A DNA stretch of 64,000 bases from Nitrosopumilus sp. (GCA_965249555.1 OZ252243.1:1856001-1920000), one strand, 5' to 3'. Positions 49,852 to 61,422 are shown, counted from the stretch's first letter. The notes: generated from the letters alone by a model not told the origin. Made by a program: numbers and translations.

Positions 49852-50671
49852 GATCTATTTTACAACTACCATCTGCATTTCGTAATTTTTTTGCCATCAC
49901 ATACGGTGTAACAATCAATACTGGAATCGATATTGCAATAAATAATGTCTGCAATTGTGTTAGTGCAATTGATAATGCAATTCCACTTGCTGTTCCAATA
50001 AATATAGATAGAAATGTTCCAACACAAGTTGGGCATGCAATGAATAGTCCTGTAGCTGCGCCAATTGAACTCATTCCTTTTCCTTTTTTTGAAATTGTGT
50101 ATGCATTAATGGCAATTGAAGCATTTAATCCCACTAGATATGATACCACTATTTGTAATACCAAATTTATTGGAATTATCTGCAAACCTACGTGCTCCGT
50201 AAGATAAACAATTATTTTTGGCATGTATCCTGGATTGTCACAACATGGTGCAATAAAACCAGATGGAATTGTTGCACCATAATGAATTGCAAAATTAACT
50301 TCGGGTTGGTACACTAACGTTCCTGATATTAGAGAAAAGAATACTCCATATCCAATAAATGTGGCAACAAAGATTTTACGTGATTTTGAATTCCATGTTG
50401 CCAGTGCTATTATTGTTGATAGGTCACTTCCTTTACTTTCAACTTTCTCTTTGTGATATCTATACATGCCAAAAGCAATAGCACCAAATGCTGCAACAAG
50501 TGTTATGTAAAATCCATAGGCAATTCTCTGTATTGAATCAATTGCACTAGGTGTAAGAAGCTCTGGATCCTGATATCTGTTATAAAGCAAAAACAAGAAT
50601 ACAATTATTGTAAATCCAAAAACAATCAGTCTCTTTCCACTGTTTGCGCTCTTTCTTGATTGTTTTTCCAT
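49841..50671 (-). CDS. Multi-pass membrane protein with CPTC motif
   Basis: About six TM segments; PCC and ACPTC motifs (possible metal/redox role). Confidence 0.75.
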   Translation of the reverse strand: MEKQSRKSANSGKRLIVFGFTIIVFLFLLYNRYQDPELLTPSAIDSIQRIAYGFYITLVAAFGAIAFGMYRYHKEKVESKGSDLSTIIALATWNSKSRKIFVATFIGYGVFFSLISGTLVYQPEVNFAIHYGATIPSGFIAPCCDNPGYMPKIIVYLTEHVGLQIIPINLVLQIVVSYLVGLNASIAINAYTISKKGKGMSSIGAATGLFIACPTCVGTFLSIFIGTASGIALSIALTQLQTLFIAISIPVLIVTPYVMAKKLRNADGSCKIDPTK

Positions 50672-50947
50672 GATTTAGAACTTTTTTCTATGAAATTAAA
50701 TCCTCTCCTAGATAGTTTACAATTGGTAGTCCGATTATGTGATAATCAATGAATTTCAACTATCTTGCTATGATTATCCAAAAAATTAACTTTTATTTTG
50801 AATTTTTGTTTTTCTCTTACTAATCACATCAAGTTCATAGTATAATTTTTCTAATTCTTTAGGAGTTATGTCATCTTCTTTTCAATCTTTATTTCATCTT
50901 CTTTCAATTGTTCATATTCTTCTAAATCATTCATGATTGGTTGTGAC

Positions 50948-51715
50948 TTAGTGAGAACTTAACTGTAATTGGAATGTTGCATATGCTGATGGAAAGTATT
51001 CTGCAAAATCTGGAACATTTTCACTGTTTGCAAAATCATGTTGTGAATCAGCAATAATATATCCTTGAGGATCTATTACCATCGTTCTTCCATGATCCTT
51101 TTTTACCATGTCTTGAAAAATTGTTAATGGCATTTCAAAATGATAAAATGCAGGTTTTTCATCATCATCTAAAACTACAGTAGATGTATATGCAAAAACC
51201 CATCTGTTAGTATCTGGAGAAAGATATGGGTATTGGATGTACGCCTCATCTCTTTCTTTTGCAAATGAAGGGGTGAAAAATGGTGTTGCTGCTTCATCCG
51301 GAGATAAATATTCATCAACTTCAATTCCTTTTAAAACCAGTCTGGCATGTTCTTGGTCTGTTGAGTCAATAATGCAGGTTCCATCAACTTGAAATTTGTT
51401 TTGAAAATGATAAATCCATTGTTCTAATTCTTCTTTTATTTCACGTTGATTATCCGTAAATTGCATAACATCATTTTCAAAAATATTCCCTGCTCTAGTT
51501 TCAGAAAGTTCAAAGTATTCAACAAACTTTGGATTTTTTAATGCAAAAACTAGATCTTCTGAAGCTCTGGCATGCAAATTATCTAATTGAAAATAACGAA
51601 TATCCGCCTCTTTTTCCATTTCTTCCAGATCTAGATTTATGATGGATTCTTGAATCAGTCCCAGAGTAAAATATGAAATCGAACTACTAGTAATTATGAT
51701 GACTAGTGAAAACAA
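50948..51715 (-). pseudogene. Truncated Cache-domain sensor (histidine-kinase/MCP-type N-terminus)
   Basis: TM plus PYLSPDTNRWVFAY...IDPQGYIIAD Cache motifs; no second TM or output domain. Confidence 0.6.
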
Positions 51716-51862
51716 TAATTATTTTTGGTATGATTCTCATGATTTCAAATACATGTTACGTCATATATCGTCTAGTGTATGTAATTAAAAAATGCATACA
51801 ATTGTACTTACAAATTATCTCAGATCTCTCTATTTTCAAATTTGGATATAGATAAATGATCT

Positions 51863-53689
51863 TTAGCTAAGTTTCGGAATAAAGATATAGATAATTGCAA
51901 TTATCTCTAACCTTCCAAATATCATCAAAAATCCCAGAACAATTTTTGTAGCAGAATCTGTATCTGTGTCAATTACTCCTGCAGATAACCCTCCAGTTGT
52001 AATCACCCCTACTGCTTCAAAGAATGCATCTTGGTATGGTACATCCTCTATTATGGAAAGATGTAATCCTGTAATTGCTGCAATTGTAGGAAATAATGCT
52101 AGAATAATTATCGTAGAAATAACTTCTTTCTTTACTTGGGTTGGCATTTCAGCTCTTTTTACTTTATTCAAAAGGGATTTGACATCTTTCAAGTGGAATA
52201 ATCTAAATATTTTCAAACCACCAGCAGTTGAGAATCCACATCCTCCAATAAACATCAAAATTATCAAAATGGTATGAGCTCCTCCATTAAGTCCTGCTAG
52301 ACTTTCTTGTTGAAGTCCTGCAGTGGTACTAGCTGATACAGAATAAAATACACTTTCTAATGGTTCCAAACCGCTGATTGCAACAAACAAAGCAGTTGCA
52401 CCACCTAAAATTGCAAAGTATGTGAGAACTTCTTTTCCAAGTTTTGGTGAAAGGAATTTTTTTCTAACAAATGCATAGTGAAATGTAAATGGCAATGCAC
52501 CAAGTATCATTGCACCCATCAAGACAATGTGTTCCTGCCACAGTAAATCTTCAAGAATTGTCGATGTGGGTGTGAATCCTCCTGTCGAGAGAGTACTCAT
52601 CGCCAATGAGAAATTATCCAGTATGTCTCTTTCACCCATGAAATACAGCAATGTTGCAACAATTACAATGTAAATTGAAAAAATGATTGTGATAGTCAAG
52701 AAAAGTTCCTTCATGTGAAGTGTTCTTCCTGATATGAAACCACGCATGGATTGCAGTTTTGATTCTGGGTAAAATGCTGTAATTACCAAGTAGATGAAAC
52801 TCATGCCACCTACAAGCTGTGTGTAGCTTCGAAAGAATGTGAAACTCTGTGAAAGGTTCTCTGGCTCATCAAATAGTGATATTCCTCCAGTTGTAAATCC
52901 TGCAGCACTTGAAAAGAATGCATTTGCAAAAACTTCTGCAGAAGTTTCATCACTTGGAAATACGTAAAGGTATGGTACGGTTCCAAATAGTGATAGTAAA
53001 AATAGACTTGAAAAGACTAGAATAGATGCCTGCTGTAAATTAAGACTTGATTTTTCACCATAAGAGTTTAGAAAGAATCCCGTAATTAACAAAAGAACTG
53101 TGGTTAGGTAAATTCCAGTAGCAATCACTGTATCTTCTAAAACCGTTGCAACAAGTGCTGGTACAAGTAACAAAACCCCTGCAAACTGTAACACAAAACC
53201 TAGGTTACCAAGAATTGCCTTTACAGGTGGACTCAAAAGGCGAGGAGTGGTTGCAGTAGCGTTTCGTATTACATTTGCAATGGTTGTTTGATAGATGATG
53301 CCAACTACTTTATTTTTCTTTGATATGACAGGAAGTTTTCTAATATCTTTGTCTCTCATTTTATGTAAGGCATCTTGTAATGTTGCCTTTTCATTAATTG
53401 TGATAAGTGGAGTACTCATAACTTCTTTTAGTGTAGTTGTTTCTGCATAAACTGTAACATCACTAACTTTACTTAGAATGTCTTCATCTGTAACAATTCC
53501 AATTGGGGTCTTCTTTTCATCAGTAACAATAATGTCATCTGTTTCATAGCGACGCAACATTCTTGCTGCTTCTCTAGTCTGTGTCTTTGGACTAAGGATA
53601 AGCACATCCTTGTCCATGTATTGTGTGACATACTTGCTTAGAACGTATGAAATAGCACGTTCTGGGTTTGTCGACATAAAGCTACCCAT
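51863..53689 (-). CDS. trkH: TrkH-family potassium uptake protein with N-terminal CBS pair
   Basis: CBS domains; FTTGG, STGGF, TTAG, GGCGFSTAGGLK and GRLEI motifs. Confidence 0.9.
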   Translation of the reverse strand: MGSFMSTNPERAISYVLSKYVTQYMDKDVLILSPKTQTREAARMLRRYETDDIIVTDEKKTPIGIVTDEDILSKVSDVTVYAETTTLKEVMSTPLITINEKATLQDALHKMRDKDIRKLPVISKKNKVVGIIYQTTIANVIRNATATTPRLLSPPVKAILGNLGFVLQFAGVLLLVPALVATVLEDTVIATGIYLTTVLLLITGFFLNSYGEKSSLNLQQASILVFSSLFLLSLFGTVPYLYVFPSDETSAEVFANAFFSSAAGFTTGGISLFDEPENLSQSFTFFRSYTQLVGGMSFIYLVITAFYPESKLQSMRGFISGRTLHMKELFLTITIIFSIYIVIVATLLYFMGERDILDNFSLAMSTLSTGGFTPTSTILEDLLWQEHIVLMGAMILGALPFTFHYAFVRKKFLSPKLGKEVLTYFAILGGATALFVAISGLEPLESVFYSVSASTTAGLQQESLAGLNGGAHTILIILMFIGGCGFSTAGGLKIFRLFHLKDVKSLLNKVKRAEMPTQVKKEVISTIIILALFPTIAAITGLHLSIIEDVPYQDAFFEAVGVITTGGLSAGVIDTDTDSATKIVLGFLMIFGRLEIIAIIYIFIPKLS

Positions 53690-53818
53690 AGTTGGGGATT
53701 TTAAATAATTTGGGGTTGTGCACTCGTCTTGATTGTTAAAAAATAATTCACCTTTCGATCTTTTTACGATTTGATCTCAAAATTTTTGCTAACTTTATAA
53801 GCACTAAGCCTGAAGTTT

Positions 53819-54256
53819 ATGCGTAATACAATGGATATTGGTCAAGCGCAAGAGCCTGATTATGAATCAGTGAAAATTGATTACGTTGGATTTGTAGATC
53901 CTTATGCTGTAGAGGGCATGGTTGTTCTAAAGGCAGATAATGGAAAAGAATTCCACATGAGAGCATTTTCAGGTGAAGTTGTAAGACACATCTCAAGTTT
54001 TGGTGAAGATGAAGGAGAGCCTGTACCATCCATCTACAAGATGATTGAAGAAATTTGTGAGCAAAATGAATTGATTCTAGTCAAAGTAAAAATCTATGAG
54101 AGCGGTGAGGTATTGCGAGCAAATCTATACTTTACAGGCAAAAAAGACCTTGTATTGAGAAACTATCGTGCATCTGATGCCATGGCACTTGCATCATATT
54201 ACACTATTCCAATTCTTGTTAGAAAGAATCTACTCAAAGAAACCATGGAAGTATAA
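53819..54256 (+). CDS. Bifunctional nuclease (DUF151) family protein
   Basis: RASDAMALA...PILV. Confidence 0.8.
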   Translation: MRNTMDIGQAQEPDYESVKIDYVGFVDPYAVEGMVVLKADNGKEFHMRAFSGEVVRHISSFGEDEGEPVPSIYKMIEEICEQNELILVKVKIYESGEVLRANLYFTGKKDLVLRNYRASDAMALASYYTIPILVRKNLLKETMEV

Positions 54257-54274
54257 ATTCAGAAATAATTCATT

Positions 54275-54472
54275 TTACTCATCAAAAAAACCATCTGGAA
54301 ACATTTTCTTAATTCTATTTAGTTCAGTTTGATATCTCTGAATTTTTAATTCTATTTCTTTTACTTCCTTTTCTTGAGAATCATCTTTTCTTTTTTCCAG
54401 TTCTTTGATCTGCTTTGAAAGTGTCTTGTACATTATTGAATATTCTGGGAATTTTTCAGGCAGTTCGTTCAT
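54275..54472 (-). CDS. Small coiled-coil protein
   Basis: 65-aa ORF. Confidence 0.6.
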   Translation of the reverse strand: MNELPEKFPEYSIMYKTLSKQIKELEKRKDDSQEKEVKEIELKIQRYQTELNRIKKMFPDGFFDE

Positions 54473-54665
54473 TAGTTAAATTAAATATCAATACCACTAA
54501 TACAGTTATAAAATATTGCTTCATAATTCGGCAAACTCATCATAAATCAGTTATAGCTTAGTTTGTTGATTAATCATCAGCAATTTTTATTGTAATTTCT
54601 ATGGTATATTGTTATTCAATCTAAGAAACCAGAACCTTTTTGATGTGAGTAAATGACTTTGTAAT

Positions 54666-54914
54666 ATGGTTAATTTTGAGAAACTCTACAAAAAAGTGGC
54701 ATTACAAGTAATTGAAAGGTGTCATGGAGCAATCAAAATTACAAAACATGGGAAAATTATTAAAGTATATGATACAAAACGCCATATCTGGAGTAATGGT
54801 TTAGCCGGTCTTATAATTAAAGAAGAATGTAAGGATGCTAATCTGAGAGATTGGGAGATTGCAAATGTCAGAAGTTATGTAATTCAGGAATTACTTGCAA
54901 AATCTGAAAATTAG
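54666..54914 (+). CDS. Hypothetical protein
   Basis: 82-aa ORF. Confidence 0.6.
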   Translation: MVNFEKLYKKVALQVIERCHGAIKITKHGKIIKVYDTKRHIWSNGLAGLIIKEECKDANLRDWEIANVRSYVIQELLAKSEN

Positions 54915-55171
54915 TATGTCACTCTTCTAATCAAGTGAGGTTCTTTTAGCATTATGGTGTCATCTTTTATTGATGATAATTCCACTTGTTTGAGATTGTG
55001 ATTTGTAACTATGATTAATGCTTCACAACGAGAACAAAGAATTGTTTTTCCACTAGATCTCTCTTCTCGGATTATGTCTTTTTCTAATCTGTCTTCTTTC
55101 TGACAAGTAGGACAAAGTCTAGGCTCTTTTACTATCATGATAATCTCTCTGATGAAAATAGTTCTACCCAT
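54911..55171 (-). CDS. Zinc-ribbon protein
   Basis: CPTC...CSRC. Confidence 0.65.
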   Translation of the reverse strand: MGRTIFIREIIMIVKEPRLCPTCQKEDRLEKDIIREERSSGKTILCSRCEALIIVTNHNLKQVELSSIKDDTIMLKEPHLIRRVTY

Positions 55172-55362
55172 AATTCTCTGAATTATAATTGGTCAAAAAA
55201 GAGTTTGTATTGTTAATTGGTATCAGCATACTTTCTTGAATGTCAAACCGCTTTAATCATTCAGTCCGGTACGAAAGGTATTCAATGTATTTCCATTCTA
55301 ACCAATTAACAAGAGAATTTTCTTTTTTTAGGAAATTATAGCTTTGGATTTTTCAAAAATCA

Positions 55363-56454
55363 TTATGTGACTATTTCATCAAGACGATCTTCTTCTTGGG
55401 CTCGTTTAATCTCCATCGCTATTCTTCTTCCTACTCCAAAGGTCTTACCATATTGATATTTTGTGTAAGGACTTGTGGTTGCAACTATTGGATTTCCAGG
55501 AACCCGTAAAGATACATCATACACTATTAACTCCAAATCTTTTGTAATTACACTTTGAAGTGAGAATGGTCCAATAATTCCTGGGGCGTATTCTTTTTTG
55601 ACAGCTGCTACAAACTTGTCTCCCATCTTGATTACTTTTTCAAGCAATGATTCTCTAATGCTTGCAGGTGTGTGCCCTACCTCAATATTCTGCAAATCAA
55701 TGCCCATCTCTAGTTGTTGTTTTGCAGGTAGTGCATTATAATCATGGATGTTTGTTTGCAGTCTTCGTTCAATTCCAATAAAATCAACTTGGTCTGAAAT
55801 TGGTGTATGAAAGAAATTAAAATTCATGTATGTTCCTATTGCTAATTCTTCAATACTTGATTTTTCCAAATCTTTTCTTGAGATGATCCCTTGTTTGATT
55901 TTTGCATCTGATTGTTCTTTGTAATCCTTATAAGATGAAACTGTAAAGAATGCTCTTTCTAGCGGTCTGTTTTTTTCTTGAACCTTTACAATACATGGTC
56001 TGTTGATTCTCTTTGGGTCTTTGAATAATTTTGGATATTTTATTCTGGCTTTTCCTAAAAGATAGTATTGCCCTTTCTTTGCAGTTCTCTCTTCTGCTTG
56101 GAATAATTTCCGATTCCCAAAAATTGGCACTTTGAATGTGTTCTCTATTGTTTTGTATCCAAGATAAACAGTAAGTGATCTGTGTGGAACTATGATTGTA
56201 TTTGATTCACGTAACTTTTTCTGAATTTTGGCTGAAGCCATATCTTTGAATTTATCTAATACAATGATTTCATCTGCAATCCTTGCAAATCTTTGATATG
56301 GTCCTTCTCTTCCTTTTTGACAAAAAACGCTAGTCTGAAAGTCCTCATCTTTTGCACCATCCATTACTTCTAGTGCCGAGTGACTGCCAAGAACGCCTAT
56401 TCTGACATCTGAATAGTCATTTACTATCTTCTTTATCTCAGAACTCTTGATCAC
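55363..56454 (-). CDS. purP: Formate-phosphoribosylaminoimidazolecarboxamide ligase (PurP family, ATP-grasp)
   Basis: LGSHSAL, PIFGNR, SIRESLL and GIIGPFSLQ motifs. Confidence 0.93.
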   Translation of the reverse strand: MIKSSEIKKIVNDYSDVRIGVLGSHSALEVMDGAKDEDFQTSVFCQKGREGPYQRFARIADEIIVLDKFKDMASAKIQKKLRESNTIIVPHRSLTVYLGYKTIENTFKVPIFGNRKLFQAEERTAKKGQYYLLGKARIKYPKLFKDPKRINRPCIVKVQEKNRPLERAFFTVSSYKDYKEQSDAKIKQGIISRKDLEKSSIEELAIGTYMNFNFFHTPISDQVDFIGIERRLQTNIHDYNALPAKQQLEMGIDLQNIEVGHTPASIRESLLEKVIKMGDKFVAAVKKEYAPGIIGPFSLQSVITKDLELIVYDVSLRVPGNPIVATTSPYTKYQYGKTFGVGRRIAMEIKRAQEEDRLDEIVT

Positions 56455-56635
56455 ACTATTCTTAGAATATGGGATCTAATATAGATAATTTTCAATTATT
56501 CTGTTCAAACTTTGGGACATTTCCACCTGCTGTTTGATTCGGGACATGGGAGATTTGTATCCTGGTATTTTTAGTGTAATAGGCACGAACCGAAAATCTC
56601 TTGTGACAATTTTTACAGAAACTATCTACATAATT

Positions 56636-57779
56636 GAGACTTGGGCATAATGATTTACAAAAAAACCAAGACTTTTCTCTAACAACAAAGCATTCTTTTC
56701 ACAATCCTTGGATTCTCACTTCCAATTACACAATTATAATACACTGCCAACTGATACACCAGCACGCAAATCAGCACGAATGATTGTACGTTCTCAAGTC
56801 CTTTCACCGGAACTGTTCTAATGTTAAACGTATCCTTGATTATTTCAAAGAGTGGTTCAATTGATATTTTTCTCTGAGAATATAATTTCCGACCAACTGC
56901 TGAATTGTAAAACCCTATCAACTTTATTCTGGCTGGCGGCGTAGACGGGTATTTTTTGACCGGACAGATTAATCTCATGGCATTATTCTTAGTTGACTTG
57001 TATGGTTTGGAATCATCATATGCCGGATCACACCATATACTATTCATCAATCCAGAAAGTGACCCAATCAATTTCTCATATGGCTTGCTATCATGGACAT
57101 TAGCAGTAGTTACACATGGCAGATAATGGAACAACTAGTCTTCCTGTACTATACCTCATGTGTAGTTTGTATCCATACACCCAACCCTTTGATTTGGAGA
57201 ATCCCCACCTGGCATTTGTGTCAATTCCTGCAATTGGTAGGTGATTCTTTTTGATGTCTGATTTGTGCCATACTGGACCTGAAGCTTTTAGCATTGAACT
57301 ATCAACTGATGCTGATTCACTATTCACCAATCCTTCTGAGACAAACAAATTTCCTACAGTGTTAATAATTTCATTGATTGGCAAGCATTGAAATCTTCTG
57401 TCAATTGTCCTTCTGTCAGGGATTTGGTTTAGTCTGCAAACCTTGAGTAATTTGTCATTGGTACATTTGATTGAGAGAAAATAATGCAGTGTGTTGTTAC
57501 TTGGAATTCTCATCCATGACTTTACGATGAATAACTGAACCATCAGAACAGTTGAATAGACATATGGCCGTCCTCGTCTCACTGCATTCTCATACAGATA
57601 TAGTGTTCCAACCAGATACAAAATACTAATAAGAAATGACTCACATAGAATCTTGTCAGGGATTTTTATTTGTTTTGTAATCATTCCAATGAACAAAACA
57701 TGATTGAGATCCTTGGCTTTTTCTATTTGAATAATTTGAGAAATCGGTTAAAAATTAGAATGGATTATGCCCATGTCTC
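56636..57779 (-). mobile_element. IS5-like (DDE_Tnp_1) element with frameshifted transposase (57100-57696 / 56679-57134)
   Basis: TIRs GAGAC(T/A)TGGGCATAAT; near-identical to 11615-12751; flanks ACATAATT / ATCTATGT do not match. Confidence 0.9.
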
Positions 57780-57859
57780 ATCTATGTGGTATTTTGTTTT
57801 CCGCTTACTTTGAGTTAGTCTGTGTAACGCCCTTGTACATGGCAATATTCATTCAACTC

Positions 57860-58615
57860 TCAGGCCCAACAGTAGGTATACATCACAAGATATGAAAAAG
57901 ATTTCGTATAACGTCTGTGTAATCTAAGGTACTGTTTTCTCGTGTGTAGTGTCGGTAGCTGGAATTTTCTGGCATTTTGAATTAATGTAATCCATTTATT
58001 ATCACCCTCAACTTTTACTCCTGCTTTCTCACTTGGAGTCTTACCATCTAATCCCATATGAGAGCGAATGAAATTATGATGAATCTGCATGCCTGAAATT
58101 ATTGGTGAATCATCTTTCTTTAGGGAACGCATCACCTTCTCCCTGTCTCTTAGTTCACCATTTAGTCTTTCCATCTTGTTGTTGTTTTTGTCATTTTTCA
58201 TGTGAATATGGCGTATGTGTTGAGTCTTTTTGTGTAAAAAGTTTTTGGCTCTGTATTCATCTTTCCATGCCTCGTGAAAGTTTGGAGCTCCATCAGAGAT
58301 CAGAGTTCTTGGTTTCATTCCTGCAACCTTTACAGCCTCTTTGAACATTGGCTTTACGTCTTGGGTGTATTTATGATCTGAAACTTGCTTTGCTATCCAG
58401 TATCTTGTTTCATCATCCATCATGGCATAGAGATATTTTCTATCTCCTTTTATTTTGAGATATAACTCATCAGTTTGCCATTTTTCTGATACTTGAGGTG
58501 TTATTGATTCAAGATATTTTTCCATCAATTTAACATACTTCTTTATCCAATTCTCTATTGTTTTATGTGTAACATCAACACCAAATAGTTTCATTGAATC
58601 TGCAACGTGTCTCAA
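57860..58615 (-). pseudogene. 5'-truncated IS6-like DDE transposase
   Basis: WQTDE, ISDG, NNKMERLNG and GKTPSE motifs; lacks the N-terminal region. Confidence 0.85.
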
Positions 58616-58701
58616 AGATTCACGCTATTATTATGTGGATTCAAAATGGCTAAGCGATCAACTAATCTTTACATAGATGTATTTGTAATTAAAAAATAAG
58701 A

Positions 58702-58926
58702 ATGTCTGTGAAAGAAGCAATGAAAACAAGCAGTGGTTATGATTATGTAATGACCCACCCTAAAGAAATAGGTAAACATTTAGGAAAATGGATATTGATT
58801 TATGATGATAAGATCATATCTGTTGATGAAGATTTAATAAAGATTTACAGGCAATTTGAAAAGGATTATCCGAAAAAAATTCCTTTTGTTATGAAACTTC
58901 CTAAAGAACCAAATATGTTATTGTAA
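58702..58926 (+). CDS. DUF5678-like small protein
   Basis: GKWILIYDDKIISVDED motif. Confidence 0.7.
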   Translation: MSVKEAMKTSSGYDYVMTHPKEIGKHLGKWILIYDDKIISVDEDLIKIYRQFEKDYPKKIPFVMKLPKEPNMLL

Positions 58927-59384
58927 TGAAAATAAGGAAAAACACTAAACGCAGTGTTAGAATAAAATACATTCTTTTCAATCATAAAGGAATTGATAGA
59001 TATTTGCCAATGGTTAATGTATGTTTAAAGCATAAAGGACATGATATACAAAGCACAGCTTTAATTGATTCTGGTGCAACATCTACATTTATTCCATTAT
59101 CTTTAGCACAGTTATTAGAACTAGAATTAAAAAATTCAAACAATAATGTTTCTGGTGCTGGTGGGGAATTTCAATCTTATCTTACTAATATTGAAGAAAT
59201 AGATGTTATCAAAGGACAAATATTGTTAACAAAATTTGAAAACTTGCGTGTTCGTGTTCCTACAGAAAAAGATGGAATACCTTTTGTTGTTCTAGGGCGT
59301 GATTCAATATTTTTTAGATATAATATTAAATTTCAGGAAAGTAAACAACAAATACAATTACAAAAACCAAAAAGGAATGATTGA
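58926..59384 (+). CDS. Retropepsin-like aspartyl protease
   Basis: ALIDSGATST and VLGRD motifs. Confidence 0.85.
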   Translation: MKIRKNTKRSVRIKYILFNHKGIDRYLPMVNVCLKHKGHDIQSTALIDSGATSTFIPLSLAQLLELELKNSNNNVSGAGGEFQSYLTNIEEIDVIKGQILLTKFENLRVRVPTEKDGIPFVVLGRDSIFFRYNIKFQESKQQIQLQKPKRND

Positions 59385-59717
59385 ATGACAATTAATAATA
59401 ATTAACCTGTTAGTCTAAATTGGTCAACTTTCTTTGTATGTACAATTTGGGCATTATGTTGGACACAAAAAATGAATAAAACAAGAAAATGGATTATCAT
59501 CCATGTAATTCCATATCCAATTATTTTCTATAATTTATTTCCGTTTTTAGAGAGTTCATGATTTTGGTTTCCTATTACGGTATTTTTGATTTATCCAAAC
59601 ATATTTTCAATATATTTTATACAAAAGTGGACAGCAGAATACAATCTAAAGACTTTTGGTTACAAAAGAAGAAAAGATTGGTATGAAGCAAATAATGACA
59701 AAACACCCAACAGTTAA
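59385..59717 (+). pseudogene. Degenerate small membrane-protein gene
   Basis: PVSLNWSTFF...WALCW...KWTAEYN fragments interrupted by stops. Confidence 0.45.
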
Positions 59718-59938
59718 CACGAAGAAGATACGCACATAAAGTTAATAGAAAATCCCAGCTACCGACACTACACACGAGAAAACAGTACCTTAGATTACAC
59801 AGACGTTATACGAAATCTTTTTCATATCTTGTGATGTATACCTACTGTTGGGCCTGAGAGTTGAATGAATATTGCCATGTACAAGGGCGTTACACAGACT
59901 AACTCAAAGTGAGCGGAAAACAAAATACCACATAGATG

Positions 59939-61086
59939 GCAAATGGGAGCATTCCGCTAGATCAGGCAATTTGATCAAAAAGGAGGTGATAATATGATCA
60001 GCATAGGAATTAATGTTCACAAAATAAAATGTGTTGCAACAATAAAACGGGAATCCAGAAAGAAGCTAGAGCAGACAATCTTTGATAATACCACAAATGG
60101 AATAATGGGTTTTATCAAACACGTCAAAAAGACATATGGCAATGACATACAGGCAGTGTGTGAGTCAACTGCAAACTATTGGATCAGACTACATGACACA
60201 CTAGAAGACCATGGAATTGATACAATTCTCGCACATCCTGCAAAGACCAAGATAATTGCACAGGCAAAGCTAAAAAACGACAAACTTGATTCAGACGTAT
60301 TGGCAGGACTTGCTAAGAGCAGACATGGTGTACAGCTCATTTGTACCAGAAAAATACCATATAGACTATACAGTCTGGTAAGAACCAGACTGAGTCGCGT
60401 GCGAAATGTATCAAGACACAAAAACATGATTTATGCAATACTTGCAAAATATGATTACGCCCACAAAGACATTCTCGCAGAAAGGAGTACGATGGTTGCA
60501 TGAAATTAATCTGATAGAATGGCAATGGATGCATATCTTGATACCATAGATATGATGCAAAAACAGATCAACACAATTGAGATAAAGATTGCAGCAATGA
60601 GGATGAGAAAACAAGACTACTAATGACCATTCCTGGAATAAACTATGTCACGGCATTGACAATAATTTCAGAGATAGTTGACATCAGCAGATTTGCATCA
60701 GCAGAAAAACTAGTCTCATATGCAGGACTTGCACCATCGCACAGGGACAGTACAGATGTGCACAGGGGAGACAAAATAACAAAGAGGGGTTCTGCATGGT
60801 TACGTAACGCAATGGTAGAGGCTGCAAATACTATGGTACGATTTGATGAAAGAATGGAATCATTCTATTTCAGAATTGCAAAGAGGAGAAAACAAAGGTG
60901 GCAGCTGCAAGACCGGATGCTTGCAATAATCCGGGTACATGCTAACTCTGAAAGTGTATCGTACACAAAATCATGAACTGACACAGTGAAAGTATAAGAT
61001 GCAAGGCATACCTGAGATGTCCTGATTGTACAAAGCACACTTAGTGTCCTCAGTAGGGTTGGAGACGATTTCGTATGGGAGAACCT
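59939..61086 (+). mobile_element. Degenerate IS110-family element (transposase fragments 59994-60503 and 60623-60976)
   Basis: IGINVHK, CESTANYW, KNDKLDS, TIPGI and YAGLAPS motifs; right end ...GATTTCGTATGGGAGAACCT; left boundary uncertain. Confidence 0.85.
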
Positions 61087-61191
61087 TTCTTTGTTATTCC
61101 TCCAAGTATGCATCATAAGATACAAAAAAGATTTCGTATGGGAGATTACTGAGTTAATCTGCCAACATGTGCTTAGAATAGACTTTGTTAA

Positions 61192-61422
61192 TCAAATATT
61201 TCTAAGAAAATCTTCCTTTTTAATTTCTGCAAGGGACAAAACACCAAAAACAGTTCCAACCTTCACTTCTTTATGCAATGGGACAACGGTTACTATTTTT
61301 CCACCATCTGTAAATTTGTGCAAAACAACATGACTTCCAGTTTGACGTGAAACTTGAAAACCAAATCTATCTATCAGAATTTTTATTATCTTGCTTCCTG
61401 AAAGTTTAGGAAATTTCGACAC
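61192..61422 (-). CDS. hicA: HicA-family toxin
   Basis: GF...RQTGSHVVL...VVPLHKEVKVGT. Confidence 0.9.
   Translation of the reverse strand: MSKFPKLSGSKIIKILIDRFGFQVSRQTGSHVVLHKFTDGGKIVTVVPLHKEVKVGTVFGVLSLAEIKKEDFLRNI

Larger units (their letters stand above)
57779..59938. repeat. Pair of ~190-bp near-perfect inverted repeats (57779-57970 and 59747-59938); third partial copy at 11473-11614
   Basis: Direct sequence comparison. Confidence 0.9.
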
